Positions 38,697-48,563 are shown, numbered from the stretch's first letter. The stretch is DNA of 64,000 nt from Planctomycetota bacterium (GCA_030602705.1 JAUVZF010000005.1:2663-66662), one strand, 5' to 3'. Numbers and translations are program-made. Notes: generated by a model not told the origin, from the letters alone.

Positions 38697-38882
38697 CTAC
38701 TTGGTTGTCCTGGTGGTGAAGTGACGGCCCTTGCGGAAAAGTTTCTTGTGCCATACCAGGTCGCGGCAGATCTGTTCGGCGTAGTCCGGTGAGATTCCCA
38801 TCTGACGTCCGATCGTCGCGGGGGATGCGCTTCCGCCCCCTTTGTTAATCGCCTTGAGTACTTCCTGTTCTCGACTGGTCAT
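38697..38882 (-). CDS. Small wHTH protein of the cluster family.
   Basis: Start at MTSREQEVL after GGAGAAGGGAGG. Motif PATIGRQMGISPDYAEQICRDLVWHKKL. Confidence 0.55.
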   Translation of the reverse strand: MTSREQEVLKAINKGGGSASPATIGRQMGISPDYAEQICRDLVWHKKLFRKGRHFTTRTTK

Positions 38883-38981
38883 CTCAGTCCTCCCTTCTCC
38901 TCGTTCTTGCGGCGCGATGGCGTGCTCGCAGCGACTGGAATCGTGTGCGAGCACGCCTGGCGCCTGTTCGCCACTTGCGGA

Positions 38982-39152
38982 CTACCGCACGTCTAGTGGC
39001 TGGTACTTGCCCAGGGTCTTTTCGTACCCGGCGTGCGTGGCCAGGCAGGCCTTGCGCCGTTCCTTGAAGACGCCGGCATCGGCCTTTAGCCGAGCCTTCG
39101 ACTTCGCGGCGTACTCCCTGGACGTGGCCCTCTGCTTGTCCATGTAAGCCAT
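38982..39152 (-). CDS. Unlisted small basic ORF (56 aa), MAYMDKQRATSREYAAKSKARLKADAGVFKERRKACLATHAGYEKTLGKYQPLDVR.
   Basis: Preceded by GGAGGTGAGGAAC. Hand-translated; falls below the ORF-track length cut-off. Confidence 0.3.
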   Translation of the reverse strand: MAYMDKQRATSREYAAKSKARLKADAGVFKERRKACLATHAGYEKTLGKYQPLDVR

Positions 39153-39168
39153 GTTCCTCACCTCCTTT

Positions 39169-39238
39169 CTTTGGGCCCAAAGTGTTCTCTATCTCAAACA
39201 GTCGGGCTGGGCGTGGCCTAACCGGTGTTGCCACGCCC
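39169..39238. promoter_or_regulatory. Perfect 14-bp palindrome CTTTGGGCCCAAAG (39169-39182) followed by an inverted repeat GGGCGTGGC-N12-GCCACGCCC (39209-39238). Possible operator or terminator-like structure between ArsA-like gene 2 and the small ORF.
   Basis: Read from the sequence. Confidence 0.3.
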
Positions 39239-39262
39239 TTTGCGGGCAACGGCCTTTCCCGG

Positions 39263-41560
39263 TCACCGATTCTCCTCTTCCAGCAGGACTTCCTCCCGTG
39301 GTGCGTCTGACAGACCGTGTCTGAACCGTCGTGGCGGCGGCTTTCTTGGCGGATGCGCCTCAAGAACCGGACGTTGCCATGCACGCTCGTGATGATGGCC
39401 GGCGTGAGTCGGGCAAGGCGGGGCATCGGCCGCGCCGCCGCCGTAGAGTTCGGCGCCCATGCGGTCGAGGGCGTCCGGTCCCCGCACCTCTTGAGGAAAC
39501 TGGCGGACCGCCGTTACGACGCAGCCGATGGACGAGGCGAAGTCGGCGATCTCATCGACGCAAGCGAGTTGCTGGCACCGTTTGGCGGCGCAGAACGCGC
39601 AGTCCGTCGCGGGCGCCAGGAAGTTGCAGACGATGCGTGCTACGGGGATTCCGGCCGCCGTCACCGTCTCGAGCATCCGCTGCATCTCGAGTTTGCCCAT
39701 GGCCTCGGCGATCGTGACGGCGACCAGTTCCGTTTGGGCCGGGTCGGTCAGGGCGGCGTGCATCGTCTTGACGGCGTTGGTTGAGCGCACCATTCGCTCC
39801 GCAAGCGTGGCCAGGTGCTCGACGGGGCGCCTCTGTTGGTACTTGAGGATGGCCCGGTAGGTTACACGGAGCCAATCCTTGATTAGTTCCGGGAAGGCCA
39901 GGAGTTTGAGCATGTGCCCGGTGGGCGCCGGGTCGAGCACGTAGAGGTCGAACCGGTCGGCCTCGGTGAAGTCAAAGAGACGCTCCATCACGAGCACTTC
40001 CTCGACGCCCGGCGGGTAACTCTTGACGTACTCGAGCAGGGTGCCGCGGTCGAACTTGATCCGGTCCAGGTTCATGACGCCGATTTCGTGGCTTTCCCAG
40101 GCCTCGAAGGCGGCGTTGATGTTCTCGACGTACTCGGCACGGAACTTCTCGTAGAGCGCCGCGGCGTCCAGTTCCAGCGCGGTCAGGTTGTCGCGGCCGG
40201 GAACCGCGGTCAGGGAGTCGCCGATCTCCAGGTCGAGCGAGTCTCCGAGCGAATGCGCCGGGTCGGTCGAGACCACGAGAACTCGCTTCTCGGGGTAACG
40301 CCGCGCCAGGCGCAGCGCGGTGCTTGCCGACACGGACGTCTTGCCGACGCCGCCCTTGCCGGCGAAGATGAGGAACCGTTTGCCCGCTTCCACGGCCAGT
40401 TCGCTGGGAGGGGCGATTGAGCCGGACACGCTCACGCGGTTCGGCCCGGCCGGCTGCGGGGGCATCGGCTGCACGGAATCATTCTCGCCGGCCAGGACCT
40501 GGCCGTAGCGCACCAGGGCTTCCTGTCCGCGTATCTCTTCGGGGGAAAGTGGAACCTGGAGGATGCGGCGGGGAGCGAACTGCTCCTGAATCTGCTTCAG
40601 ATACGGCGTTTGCCCTTCCGCCTGCGACCGGCAGAAGGGGCAGTCCGGGTCGGCACGTCGCACGCGGTTGACGATCACGTTGCCGGCGGCAATGCCCTGG
40701 CGGTCGAGCGCCCGGGCGAGGCGCACCGTCTCGGCGACGCCCATCTCCTCGGGGATGGTCACCATGACGAACTCGCATCGCGCGGGGTCGGTGAGGAGTT
40801 TCCCGACAAACTCCATGTGCTTAATCAATTTGCTCAGGAACTGCGGCACTCCCCGTCCGCCCCTTTCCTGGCCGGGAATATTGAACAGACCCAGGCCCTG
40901 CAGGCCGGCCGAGGTCCGGTGATACTTGTTGAACGACCTCTTGAAGAGCGTGACCCAGCGAGCGTATTTTTCGGGCATCGTCAGCAGCCGCAGAGTGTGG
41001 CCCGTCGGCGCGGTGTCGATGACCACCAGGTCGCAGCGTGTGGAGGGGAGCGGATCGTGCGGGATGCCGCGCTGCAAGTACTCCGCCACGGCGGCGAAGA
41101 TCATCAGGTCTTCCATGCCGGGCAGACGGAAGGCGAGGAAATCGCGGATATCCGCCTGGTTGGAGAAGACGGTGCCGCGGGCCATTTGCTTGAGGTGCTT
41201 GCCGTACCTGCGTTTGAAGGTCGCCAGCAGGGAGGGCGGATCGACCTCGACCGCCGAGAGGTTGGGGACACCGCGCACGCGAACGATCTTCGGCCCCACG
41301 GACTGGTCAAGACTGTCGCCGAGCGAGTGGGCCGGATCGGTCGACATGATCAGCACCTGGCGGTCGGGCATGGCTTGGACCAGGCGCAGAGCGGTGGCGG
41401 CCGACGAGGTCGTCTTGCCGGTTCCACCCTTGCCGCCGAAGAACAGCAGTTGCAGAGAAGACGGGGCGCTCAGGAAACTCGGCGCCGCCTGCTTGCCGCC
41501 GCTATCCTGCTGGACAGCCTGTTGCTGTGTGGCTTCGGCTAGTAACGCTTGCGCGCTCAT
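39263..41560 (-). CDS. ArsA/Get3-family ATPase, internally duplicated (second paralog, 765 aa).
   Basis: FFGGKGGTGKTTSSAATALRL / STDPAHSLGDSL / IDTAPTGHTLRLL in half 1, and FAGKGGVGKTSVSASTALRLA / STDPAHSLGDSL / LDPAPTGHMLKLL in half 2. Confidence 0.8.
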   Translation of the reverse strand: MSAQALLAEATQQQAVQQDSGGKQAAPSFLSAPSSLQLLFFGGKGGTGKTTSSAATALRLVQAMPDRQVLIMSTDPAHSLGDSLDQSVGPKIVRVRGVPNLSAVEVDPPSLLATFKRRYGKHLKQMARGTVFSNQADIRDFLAFRLPGMEDLMIFAAVAEYLQRGIPHDPLPSTRCDLVVIDTAPTGHTLRLLTMPEKYARWVTLFKRSFNKYHRTSAGLQGLGLFNIPGQERGGRGVPQFLSKLIKHMEFVGKLLTDPARCEFVMVTIPEEMGVAETVRLARALDRQGIAAGNVIVNRVRRADPDCPFCRSQAEGQTPYLKQIQEQFAPRRILQVPLSPEEIRGQEALVRYGQVLAGENDSVQPMPPQPAGPNRVSVSGSIAPPSELAVEAGKRFLIFAGKGGVGKTSVSASTALRLARRYPEKRVLVVSTDPAHSLGDSLDLEIGDSLTAVPGRDNLTALELDAAALYEKFRAEYVENINAAFEAWESHEIGVMNLDRIKFDRGTLLEYVKSYPPGVEEVLVMERLFDFTEADRFDLYVLDPAPTGHMLKLLAFPELIKDWLRVTYRAILKYQQRRPVEHLATLAERMVRSTNAVKTMHAALTDPAQTELVAVTIAEAMGKLEMQRMLETVTAAGIPVARIVCNFLAPATDCAFCAAKRCQQLACVDEIADFASSIGCVVTAVRQFPQEVRGPDALDRMGAELYGGGAADAPPCPTHAGHHHERAWQRPVLEAHPPRKPPPRRFRHGLSDAPREEVLLEEENR

Positions 41561-41578
41561 GTAGGCTCCGTTGTTCCG

Positions 41579-42484
41579 CTATGCGCCACGCAGGGCCGTC
41601 CACCGCAGGCCGTTCTCCCAAGCGTCTGACGGCACCGGAGCGGAGGCGGTGGCCGGCGGCCGGTCCACCTGGTTCTGTTCGAGGGCTTCAGGTCCGGCAG
41701 TACGGTCATCTTTCTCTACAGTCTCGATCCCGCCCCGCTTGCGAACTACCTGCAAGCCGGTGTCGGTGATCTGACATCTGCGGGAGCCGGCTCCGCGCAA
41801 CAACCCCTTCTTGATGAGCGACTTCTGGAGCAGGTTGACGTACGCTGGTGTGTGGCGGGCTTCCCTGGACAGAACAATCCGTTCGCCGAGAGACGCACGG
41901 GCGTAAAGTCGCAGGATCTCCAGTTCGCTCGCGAGGACGGCCGGGAGGTGGGCGGCAGTCGAACCCGCCGCGACCCTTCTGGCCGCCGCGCTCGCGGTGG
42001 CCGCTCTACGGTTGCCGGTTGAAGGCTGCTCGCCTATGCGGAAGGTAAAGGCAGGCCGCGGCACCCGTCCCCCGACCGACACGGCTTTTGTCTCTTCGCC
42101 CCGCGGCTTCACGCTCACGACGCCGGCGCCGCGGCAGGCGATGCACGTCAGGCGCGAGCCTTGCTGTCGGCCCGTGCCGCGGCAAGATGCACACTTCTCC
42201 ACGGGCGGCTTAACCGTGACGTAACCTTTGCCGCGGCAGGCGTTGCAGGTGACGTTGCCTCGGGGTCGTTCTTCGCCTCGGCCCTTGCAGAGGGCACACC
42301 TGACGGCCGGCGGACGGATCTCGACCGTGCCTTTGCCCCGGCACACCGAGCACTTCGAGCCGGCCGGCTTCTCGCCCTTGCCCCGGCAGAAGGCGCAGGC
42401 CTGAACGGGGTCCTCGATGATCGCATAGGCCGCGCCGGTTCCCCGGCTGCTGTCTTTGTCGTCCTTCACTGGACGCCATTGCAT
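41579..42484 (-). CDS. DnaJ-type zinc-finger repeat protein with a C-terminal wHTH.
   Basis: CAFCRGKGE/CSVCRGKGT/CALCKGRGE/CNACRGKGY/CASCRGTGR/CIACRGAGV, then ...PAYVNLLQKSLIKKGLL. Start at MQWRPV after GGAGG. Confidence 0.6.
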   Translation of the reverse strand: MQWRPVKDDKDSSRGTGAAYAIIEDPVQACAFCRGKGEKPAGSKCSVCRGKGTVEIRPPAVRCALCKGRGEERPRGNVTCNACRGKGYVTVKPPVEKCASCRGTGRQQGSRLTCIACRGAGVVSVKPRGEETKAVSVGGRVPRPAFTFRIGEQPSTGNRRAATASAAARRVAAGSTAAHLPAVLASELEILRLYARASLGERIVLSREARHTPAYVNLLQKSLIKKGLLRGAGSRRCQITDTGLQVVRKRGGIETVEKDDRTAGPEALEQNQVDRPPATASAPVPSDAWENGLRWTALRGA

Positions 42485-42619
42485 GATGTGGCCTCCGCAC
42501 AATCCGGCGATCCTCTCCGGCGGGGCATGGCAGGTCCGGCACAGGCCGGTTGGTCAGGCCTGGAGCGGTCCCGCCGTCACGGCCTGTCCGCGCTATGCCA
42601 ACCATCCAGCCGGAGGCGG

Positions 42620-42895
42620 CTACTCTTCGACGAGGGCAACCGCGGTGTCGATGCGCTTCCGCAGTCCGGTCCGCTTGAATCCCGCGACGTTGCCATTGTC
42701 GTCGAGGACGACGTCGTAGGTGGCGAGGATGTCCATGCCGTCGGGCAGTGAGTGCTTCTCGACCACGTCGATCGAGACGCGCCATCCTTCGCCTTCGCGG
42801 TTGGCGGAGAGCGTGCTTCCGAGTTCCAGCCCCGTCAACGAGGCCAACTCGCTACGGGCGGCCTCAACGATGTCAGCCATTCCCATTCCTGCCAT
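42620..42895 (-). CDS. gvpO: Gas vesicle protein GvpO.
   Basis: GEGWRVSIDVVEKHSLPDGMDILATYDVVLDDNGNVAGFKRTGLRKRID matches the GvpO core (..GW.a.vEvvE...vPDtqDilg.Y.v.lDd.G.v.gy.R...Y.R.D). Confidence 0.7.
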   Translation of the reverse strand: MAGMGMADIVEAARSELASLTGLELGSTLSANREGEGWRVSIDVVEKHSLPDGMDILATYDVVLDDNGNVAGFKRTGLRKRIDTAVALVEE

Positions 42896-42936
42896 TGCGA
42901 TTCACTCCTTTCGTTGGATTGCTGTCGGTGCGGCCC

Positions 42937-43152
42937 TTAGCGGACCGTTTGCTCCTGCTCGATGCGCGTCTCGATGCGCGTCCCGCACTTGGGGCAGAAC
43001 GCGTAGTCCGCCTCCCAGTACCGCCATTCTTGGCCACACTCGGGGCACCCGACGTGCAGGCTGAGGCCGCACTCGGGGCAGTTGTCAAAATTGCCTATTG
43101 TCGTGGCCCCGCACCGGGGACATTTGAACGCTCCTGTCGCTTGGTTACCCAT
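42937..43152 (-). CDS. Small double zinc-ribbon protein (71 aa).
   Basis: CPRCG...CPECG...CPECG...CPKCG. Confidence 0.5.
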   Translation of the reverse strand: MGNQATGAFKCPRCGATTIGNFDNCPECGLSLHVGCPECGQEWRYWEADYAFCPKCGTRIETRIEQEQTVR

Positions 43153-43190
43153 TTCGATAGACTCCTTGTGTTTGGTGCCCGCCCGGCCCC

Positions 43191-43439
43191 CTAAACGGGG
43201 GCGCCTTCTTCCTTGAGTTTTCGGATGCGTTCGATCTCCTCGAGCAGGTCGGCCTCTCGCCGCTCGTACTCCTCCTCGGAGACCTCGCCTAGTTCGAGGC
43301 GCATCTGGAGTTCGAGCAGTTGCTGTCGGACCGAGTTTTCGTCGGTCATCTCCGCGTACGCGGCTTCCCCGAGCTTCTTGGAGACCCAGACCGGGACCCT
43401 GATTGGCGCGAGCAAGATGTCGTCTAGCACGAAAGCCAT
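43191..43439 (-). CDS. gvpG: Gas vesicle protein GvpG.
   Basis: MAFVLDDILLAPIRVPVWVSKKL...QLLELQMRLELGEVSEEEYERREADLLEEIERIR is the GvpG pattern. Confidence 0.75.
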   Translation of the reverse strand: MAFVLDDILLAPIRVPVWVSKKLGEAAYAEMTDENSVRQQLLELQMRLELGEVSEEEYERREADLLEEIERIRKLKEEGAPV

Positions 43440-43452
43440 AGGTCCTCTCGCA

Positions 43453-44205
43453 TCATTCCCAGGTCACCACGACCTCAACGAAGTTCAGGGGGGGAATCGG
43501 GCCGACGTACTTGAGGCGCACCCGGCCGTTCGTTTCGCCCTCCAGCGCCTCGACGCACCCGTCGAACTCCTGCTCGTGCCTGCGTTCCACGAGGAACGAC
43601 GCGTTGAGGATCATGGGGTCGCCGAAGACGTCGTTCACTTTGCGGTCGAACCAATGGCCGTCGAAGCGGCGGAGGATGTGCCTGGCTTCCCTGGCTTTCT
43701 TGCGCTCGAGGGCGTTCTTGACCATCTCTCCAAGGCGGACGCCGTCGGCCGGCGTGACGGCTGTGCGGCTGCTGGCGTGGGCGCGGGCGGCCTTGATGCG
43801 GGGGTTTTCGTCGACGATTTCGGCGAAGATGGCCGGCATGTCGGTCCACAGGACTTTGAGGCCCAGTTCGGCCTTGTCCGCCACCATTTCGAGCAGATCG
43901 CACAACTCGTCGTGTCGGGCGAGCAGGACTTTCTCAACGATCTGGTCCCGATGGTTGGCAATGCAGCCAAAGCGGACCGGCAGCATCGGCCAGCGCGCCA
44001 TCGCCGCCTCCATGACGCGCTGGTGCGCGATCACGCTGGCGCGGGCCACGTCGTAGCGGTCGGCCTTGCAGCGGCTGACAACGGCGGCGATATCGCCGTG
44101 CGGCAGCATCTCGACCGGCTCGCCGTTTCCATCGATGCCGGGCACGTCCAGGACGGCCGGTTCGGCTGTGCCGACGATGGCGTAGATGTAGAATCCCCCT
44201 TCCAT
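43453..44205 (-). CDS. gvpF: Gas vesicle protein GvpF/L family.
   Basis: FYIYAIVGTAEP...AAVVS..., VLPVRFG, and C-terminal YVGPIPPLNF. Confidence 0.8.
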   Translation of the reverse strand: MEGGFYIYAIVGTAEPAVLDVPGIDGNGEPVEMLPHGDIAAVVSRCKADRYDVARASVIAHQRVMEAAMARWPMLPVRFGCIANHRDQIVEKVLLARHDELCDLLEMVADKAELGLKVLWTDMPAIFAEIVDENPRIKAARAHASSRTAVTPADGVRLGEMVKNALERKKAREARHILRRFDGHWFDRKVNDVFGDPMILNASFLVERRHEQEFDGCVEALEGETNGRVRLKYVGPIPPLNFVEVVVTWE

Positions 44206-44207
44206 CG

Positions 44208-45227
44208 CTAGGGCGCCTCCACCGGTTCGACGAGCAGGACCTCGGGGCGGTCGGTGTCGCGAAGGTCGAGTCCTTGCGGCGGGCAGAAACGCTTGAGGAG
44301 GTCCGCCGCCGCCTTGACGCGTTCGAACTTCTGCGGGAGGTTAGGGTCTGCGGGATCGGTGTCCGGATGAAAGCGGCGCATGGCGGACCGGGCGGCATCC
44401 GCCACCATCTGCGGGGTGATGCGTTCCGCCAAGTCGATCTCGCGCCGGGCCGCATCCAGGTCAGCCACCCGCGCACGATGCAACTGGACCGTGGTGAAAC
44501 TGTACGGCGGCAGTGGGCCGACGATGCGGAAGTTCAGGGCGCCCTGTTCCTGCCGGTCGGCTTCTGCGACCCGGGCTTCGAGCCGGTCACGCCCCTCGGC
44601 ATTAACCAGGAAGGCCGCGTTGATGATCATGGCCTCGTGGCGGGTCTGGTGCCGGACGGTCCGGCGCGCCACCTGTTCCCACTGCGGCAGGATGCGGTCT
44701 TCGAGGGCACGCTTCCTGTCATCGAGGCGGTCCTTGACGAGTTTGCCCAGGCCCAACCGTTCGGCCATCGACCGGCCGGGCGGGAGTTCGGCAATCCGGT
44801 TCTTGTGTTCCACGATGTCTTCTTCGCGGCCTATCTCCCGGAACACCTGCTGGATGTCCGGCCACATGGCCACCACGTCGATTTCGATCAGGCCGTCGAC
44901 TTCGGCGAGCAAAGCCTGCAGGTTGTCGCGGTTGGTCCGGAGCATCTCGGCCACCTGGACCTCGCTGTCAAGCACGGTTCCGAACTTCATAGGCAAGACG
45001 GTATGGCCGGCGTTCATAACCGTCTCAGAAACGAACTGGTGCTGGGCCAGGTGCCTGGCCAGTTCCTCCTTCGGCACCGAGGTGACGTCGCCGTTGCCGG
45101 TGTCGCTGACGACGGCGGCAATGCTGCCGTAGGCGATGCTATGGACGCTGGTCGCCTCGCCACCGACGCCGATCGGCCCGAAATCGGCGGATGCGCCGTC
45201 CGCGATGAATCCGTAGGTGTACTTCAT
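44208..45227 (-). CDS. GvpF/L-family protein fused to a C-terminal J-domain (Hsp70 co-chaperone module).
   Basis: GvpL core (YTYGFIADGA...IAAVVSD...LPMKFGTV...IVGPLPPYSF) followed by RREIDLAERITPQMVADAARSAMRRFHPDTDPADPNLPQKFERVKAAADLLKRF, which contains the J-domain HPD motif. Compare ...AYRKLAMKYHPDRN...KFKEIKEAYEVL. Confidence 0.75.
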   Translation of the reverse strand: MKYTYGFIADGASADFGPIGVGGEATSVHSIAYGSIAAVVSDTGNGDVTSVPKEELARHLAQHQFVSETVMNAGHTVLPMKFGTVLDSEVQVAEMLRTNRDNLQALLAEVDGLIEIDVVAMWPDIQQVFREIGREEDIVEHKNRIAELPPGRSMAERLGLGKLVKDRLDDRKRALEDRILPQWEQVARRTVRHQTRHEAMIINAAFLVNAEGRDRLEARVAEADRQEQGALNFRIVGPLPPYSFTTVQLHRARVADLDAARREIDLAERITPQMVADAARSAMRRFHPDTDPADPNLPQKFERVKAAADLLKRFCPPQGLDLRDTDRPEVLLVEPVEAP

Positions 45228-47419
45228 CAGGGGGCGTCTCCTTTTGCCGGCGGCTCGGCCGATTCGCCGATGACCTCACGCACCGCGGCATCCATATCGG
45301 CCGCCGTAAGGGCCATCTTCGAGAGCGGCAATTCCTTCTTCTCGGCAAGGTGGATGAACCGCCGGATGGCGTTAAGCGCGGCACAGCGGCAGATAGCGGC
45401 AATCCGGGCGCCGCTGGCGTGACCGCAGGCTTTTGCGATCCGCTTCAGGTCCACGTCGTCGGCCAGCGGCTTGCCGCGCATGTGCACCTTGAAGATCTCC
45501 AGTTTCGCGTCCTCGTCCGGAAACGGCAGTTCGATGATGAGGTCGAAACGGCCTTCTCGCAGGAGTGCGGGGTCGAGCATGTCCATGCGGTTCGTGGCCG
45601 CCAGGACAATGACGTCTTTGAGTTCTTCGATGCCGTCCATTTCGCTGAGGAACTGGCTGATGACGCGGTCTGCGGCGCCCTGGGCGGTGCCCCGCCTGGG
45701 CACCAGGGCGTCGATTTCGTCGAAGAACACGATGCAGGGCGCCGCCTGCTTGGCCTTGTGGAAGACCTCTCGCACGCCGCGCTCGCTCTCGCCCACCCAC
45801 TTGGACATAAGTTCCGGCCCTTTGACGGGGATGAAGTTGAGGCTGCTCTCCTTGGCCAGCGCTTTCGCCGCCAGCGTCTTTCCGGTGCCGGGGGCGCCGT
45901 GCATGAGGATGCCCTTGGCTGGCCGGGTCTTGGCGTGCTCGAAGAGTTTGCGGTGCTTGAGCGGCCACTCGACGGCTTCGCGGAGCGACTGCTTGACCTC
46001 CTGGAGGCCGCCGACGTCCGCCCAACCGACGTTGGGCACTTCGACGAAGACCTCGCGCATGACGGACGGCTCGACCTCGCACAGGGCTTCGCGGAAGTTG
46101 TCCATGGTGACCTCAAGCGTCTCGAGCGTCTCGTAGGGTATCTCTTTGAGTTCGAAGTCGATGTCGGGGAAGATGCCGCGCAGCGCTGCCATGGCGGCTT
46201 CGCGGCCGAGGGCCTCGAGGTCGGCGCCGACGTAGCCGTGTGTGATCTCGGCGATCTTGTCGAGGTCAACGTCTTCGGCCAGGGGCATGCCGCGGGTATG
46301 GATCTGGAGGATGTCGGCCCGGCCGTTGCGGTCCGGAATGCCGATCTCGAGTTCCCGGTCGAACCGCCCCGGCCGCCGCAGGGCGGGGTCGACCAGGTTG
46401 GGCAGGTTCGTGGCGCCGATGACGATGATCTGGCCGCGGCTCTTCAGGCCGTCCATCAGGGCGAGCAACTGGGAGACGACGCGTTTTTCGAGTTGCTTCT
46501 CGCCGCCCAACTCCGCGCGCTTCGGCGCGATGGCGTCGATCTCGTCGAGGAACACAATCGCCGGGGCGTGCGCGGAGGCGTCCTCGAAGATCTGGCGCAG
46601 GTGAGCCTCGCTCTCTCCGTAGTACTTGTGCATGATCTCCGGGCCGCTCAGGTGGGTGAAATAGGCGTCGGTCTCGTTGGCCACCGCCCGCGCGATCAGC
46701 GTCTTGCCGCATCCCGGAGGACCGTGAAGAAAGACCCCTTTCGGCGGTTCAATGCCAAGCCGCTCGAAGACCTCGGGGTACTTCAGCGGCAGTTCGATCA
46801 TCTCGCGTACCCGCTGGGTCTCACGCGCCAGCCCTCCGATGTCCTCATAGGTGACCCTTGCGCGAGCCGCGGGTTCGCCGGCCTTGGCTTCGCCGCGCAT
46901 CTCAATCGTGGTGGTCGATTGAATGAGCACGGCGCCCTTGGGCACGGTGGTAACGACCTCGAAATCCTGTGTCCGCGAGCCGAACATCGTCGCGCGCACG
47001 GAATCCCCCGCCGTAAGCGGCAGGCTCTCCAAAAGCGTTCCGATGTAACGCATGTCCCGCTTGCCGCGCAGGCCGCGCATCTCTGTCAGCGGCGCCAGGA
47101 CGATCTTCCTGGCGGGGGCGGCGTCGGCCTTCTCGATCTGGACGTGCTCGTCGATCCCGGCGCCCGCATTGCCGCGAAGGATGCCGTCGATGCGGATCAT
47201 GTCGGTGCCGCGATCCTCGACGTACGTCGGCATGACCTTCGCCGGCGTCGCACGCTTGCCGCGCACCCAGACAACGTCGCCGACCTTCACACCGAGCGGA
47301 TCGAACAGTTTCGGGTCGAACCGTGCGAGGCCGCGGCCGACGTCCTTGGACGCGGCTTCGGCCACCTTCAGCGAGAGCGTTGGGGCCTTCTTCTCTTTCT
47401 TCTTCGCGCTCGGAGTCAT
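45227..47419 (-). CDS. Cdc48/VCP-like AAA+ ATPase (N-domain, D1 and D2).
   Basis: Cdc48-type N-domain ([22 protein letters not shown]...[12 protein letters not shown]), two Walker A sites ([15 protein letters not shown]; [15 protein letters not shown]), and second-region-of-homology motifs. Start taken at MTPSAKKK. Confidence 0.85.
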   Translation of the reverse strand: MTPSAKKKEKKAPTLSLKVAEAASKDVGRGLARFDPKLFDPLGVKVGDVVWVRGKRATPAKVMPTYVEDRGTDMIRIDGILRGNAGAGIDEHVQIEKADAAPARKIVLAPLTEMRGLRGKRDMRYIGTLLESLPLTAGDSVRATMFGSRTQDFEVVTTVPKGAVLIQSTTTIEMRGEAKAGEPAARARVTYEDIGGLARETQRVREMIELPLKYPEVFERLGIEPPKGVFLHGPPGCGKTLIARAVANETDAYFTHLSGPEIMHKYYGESEAHLRQIFEDASAHAPAIVFLDEIDAIAPKRAELGGEKQLEKRVVSQLLALMDGLKSRGQIIVIGATNLPNLVDPALRRPGRFDRELEIGIPDRNGRADILQIHTRGMPLAEDVDLDKIAEITHGYVGADLEALGREAAMAALRGIFPDIDFELKEIPYETLETLEVTMDNFREALCEVEPSVMREVFVEVPNVGWADVGGLQEVKQSLREAVEWPLKHRKLFEHAKTRPAKGILMHGAPGTGKTLAAKALAKESSLNFIPVKGPELMSKWVGESERGVREVFHKAKQAAPCIVFFDEIDALVPRRGTAQGAADRVISQFLSEMDGIEELKDVIVLAATNRMDMLDPALLREGRFDLIIELPFPDEDAKLEIFKVHMRGKPLADDVDLKRIAKACGHASGARIAAICRCAALNAIRRFIHLAEKKELPLSKMALTAADMDAAVREVIGESAEPPAKGDAP

Positions 47420-47535
47420 GACGACTTTCCTGTTGCTCTCCCGCCGCTCGCCCGGTAGGCGCACGCCGCGGATGGGTATGCCGGCGCCGTCGCTTGCGTT
47501 CCTCGAGCCCGCCGCCTCAGGAGACCGGCAGTAAC

Positions 47536-48126
47536 CTATTCGCCTTTCTTCTTGAGGACGATCTCGAGGATGCCGTTCTCGTAGGAGGAGGTGACGTTCT
47601 CCTCGTCGACGACTGCGGGGAGCAGGACTTCCTTCTGGTACTTCCTCTTGCCCTCGGCCGAGAGCGTGAGCATGTCGCCCTTGACCTCCACGTGGATGTC
47701 GGCTTCCTGGATTCCCGGCAGTTCCGCGATGGCCCGGATGGTGTCGCCTTCCTCGAAGACGTCGACGATCGGCTCGCGCATTTCCTCGACGACCGGCCCC
47801 TTGGGGGTCTTCTTGATGTTGCCGAACGTCTCGACCTTCGGCTTGCCTCCGGCCATGGTGCGGACCGTGAAGCCGTAAACGCCTTTGATGTCCCTTCCGC
47901 GCCGCACGCCGGGAGGGATACCCCCGACGCGGAACTCGCCGGTCTTGCTCAGTTCCTCGCCCTTCTCGGCGAGTTCGGTGGCCTTGTCCACGAGGCTGCT
48001 GAGACCATTGATGAGCCCGCCAAGGCCAAGGCCCTTGAAGATGCCGCCAAGGTCAACCACGGGCGTGGCATCTTCCTCTGCGGCTTCCTCTTTCTTGTCC
48101 TGGTCTTTCTCTTCTTTTTTCGCCAT
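47536..48126 (-). CDS. Hsp20/alpha-crystallin-family small heat-shock protein (GvpH-like position).
   Basis: Start at [11 protein letters not shown] segment ...[34 protein letters not shown]...[13 protein letters not shown]. Confidence 0.75.
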   Translation of the reverse strand: MAKKEEKDQDKKEEAAEEDATPVVDLGGIFKGLGLGGLINGLSSLVDKATELAEKGEELSKTGEFRVGGIPPGVRRGRDIKGVYGFTVRTMAGGKPKVETFGNIKKTPKGPVVEEMREPIVDVFEEGDTIRAIAELPGIQEADIHVEVKGDMLTLSAEGKRKYQKEVLLPAVVDEENVTSSYENGILEIVLKKKGE

Positions 48127-48200
48127 GGTTCGATTCCTCTCTCGGTTTGTCGGCCCGGCGCCGCTTCCGATTGCGGAGGGTCTGCCCCGCGGCGCCTTGT

Positions 48201-48551
48201 TCACTCGTCGGACACGTTGGCGGCGGTCGCCATTTCCTCGATCCGGTCGGCCCGCTCCTCGACGATGGCGGTGATGCGGCGTGCTCTGGCAACCCGGCCT
48301 CTCAGGTTCTTCACCACTCCGCGCCACATGTCCGCCAGGATCGCTTGCGACTTCGGTGTCAACCGGTAAGCGCGCCTGGGCCTTTTGCCCGAATCGTCCA
48401 CGCATTCGGTCAGAAGGTCGCGGTTGACCATCCCCGCGCAGAGGTACTTCGTGTACTCAACGGAGTTCTCCAGGTGTTTGGCAACCTGGCGGAGGGTGAC
48501 CGTGTCGGTGTCGTCGAACAGGAGCAGGATGTGGTATTCGTTGGGCGTCAT
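48201..48551 (-). CDS. Small wHTH protein of the cluster family.
   Basis: LRQVAKHLENSVEYTKYLCAGMVNRDLL. Confidence 0.5.
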   Translation of the reverse strand: MTPNEYHILLLFDDTDTVTLRQVAKHLENSVEYTKYLCAGMVNRDLLTECVDDSGKRPRRAYRLTPKSQAILADMWRGVVKNLRGRVARARRITAIVEERADRIEEMATAANVSDE

Positions 48552-48563
48552 CCAGGCGGCCCC

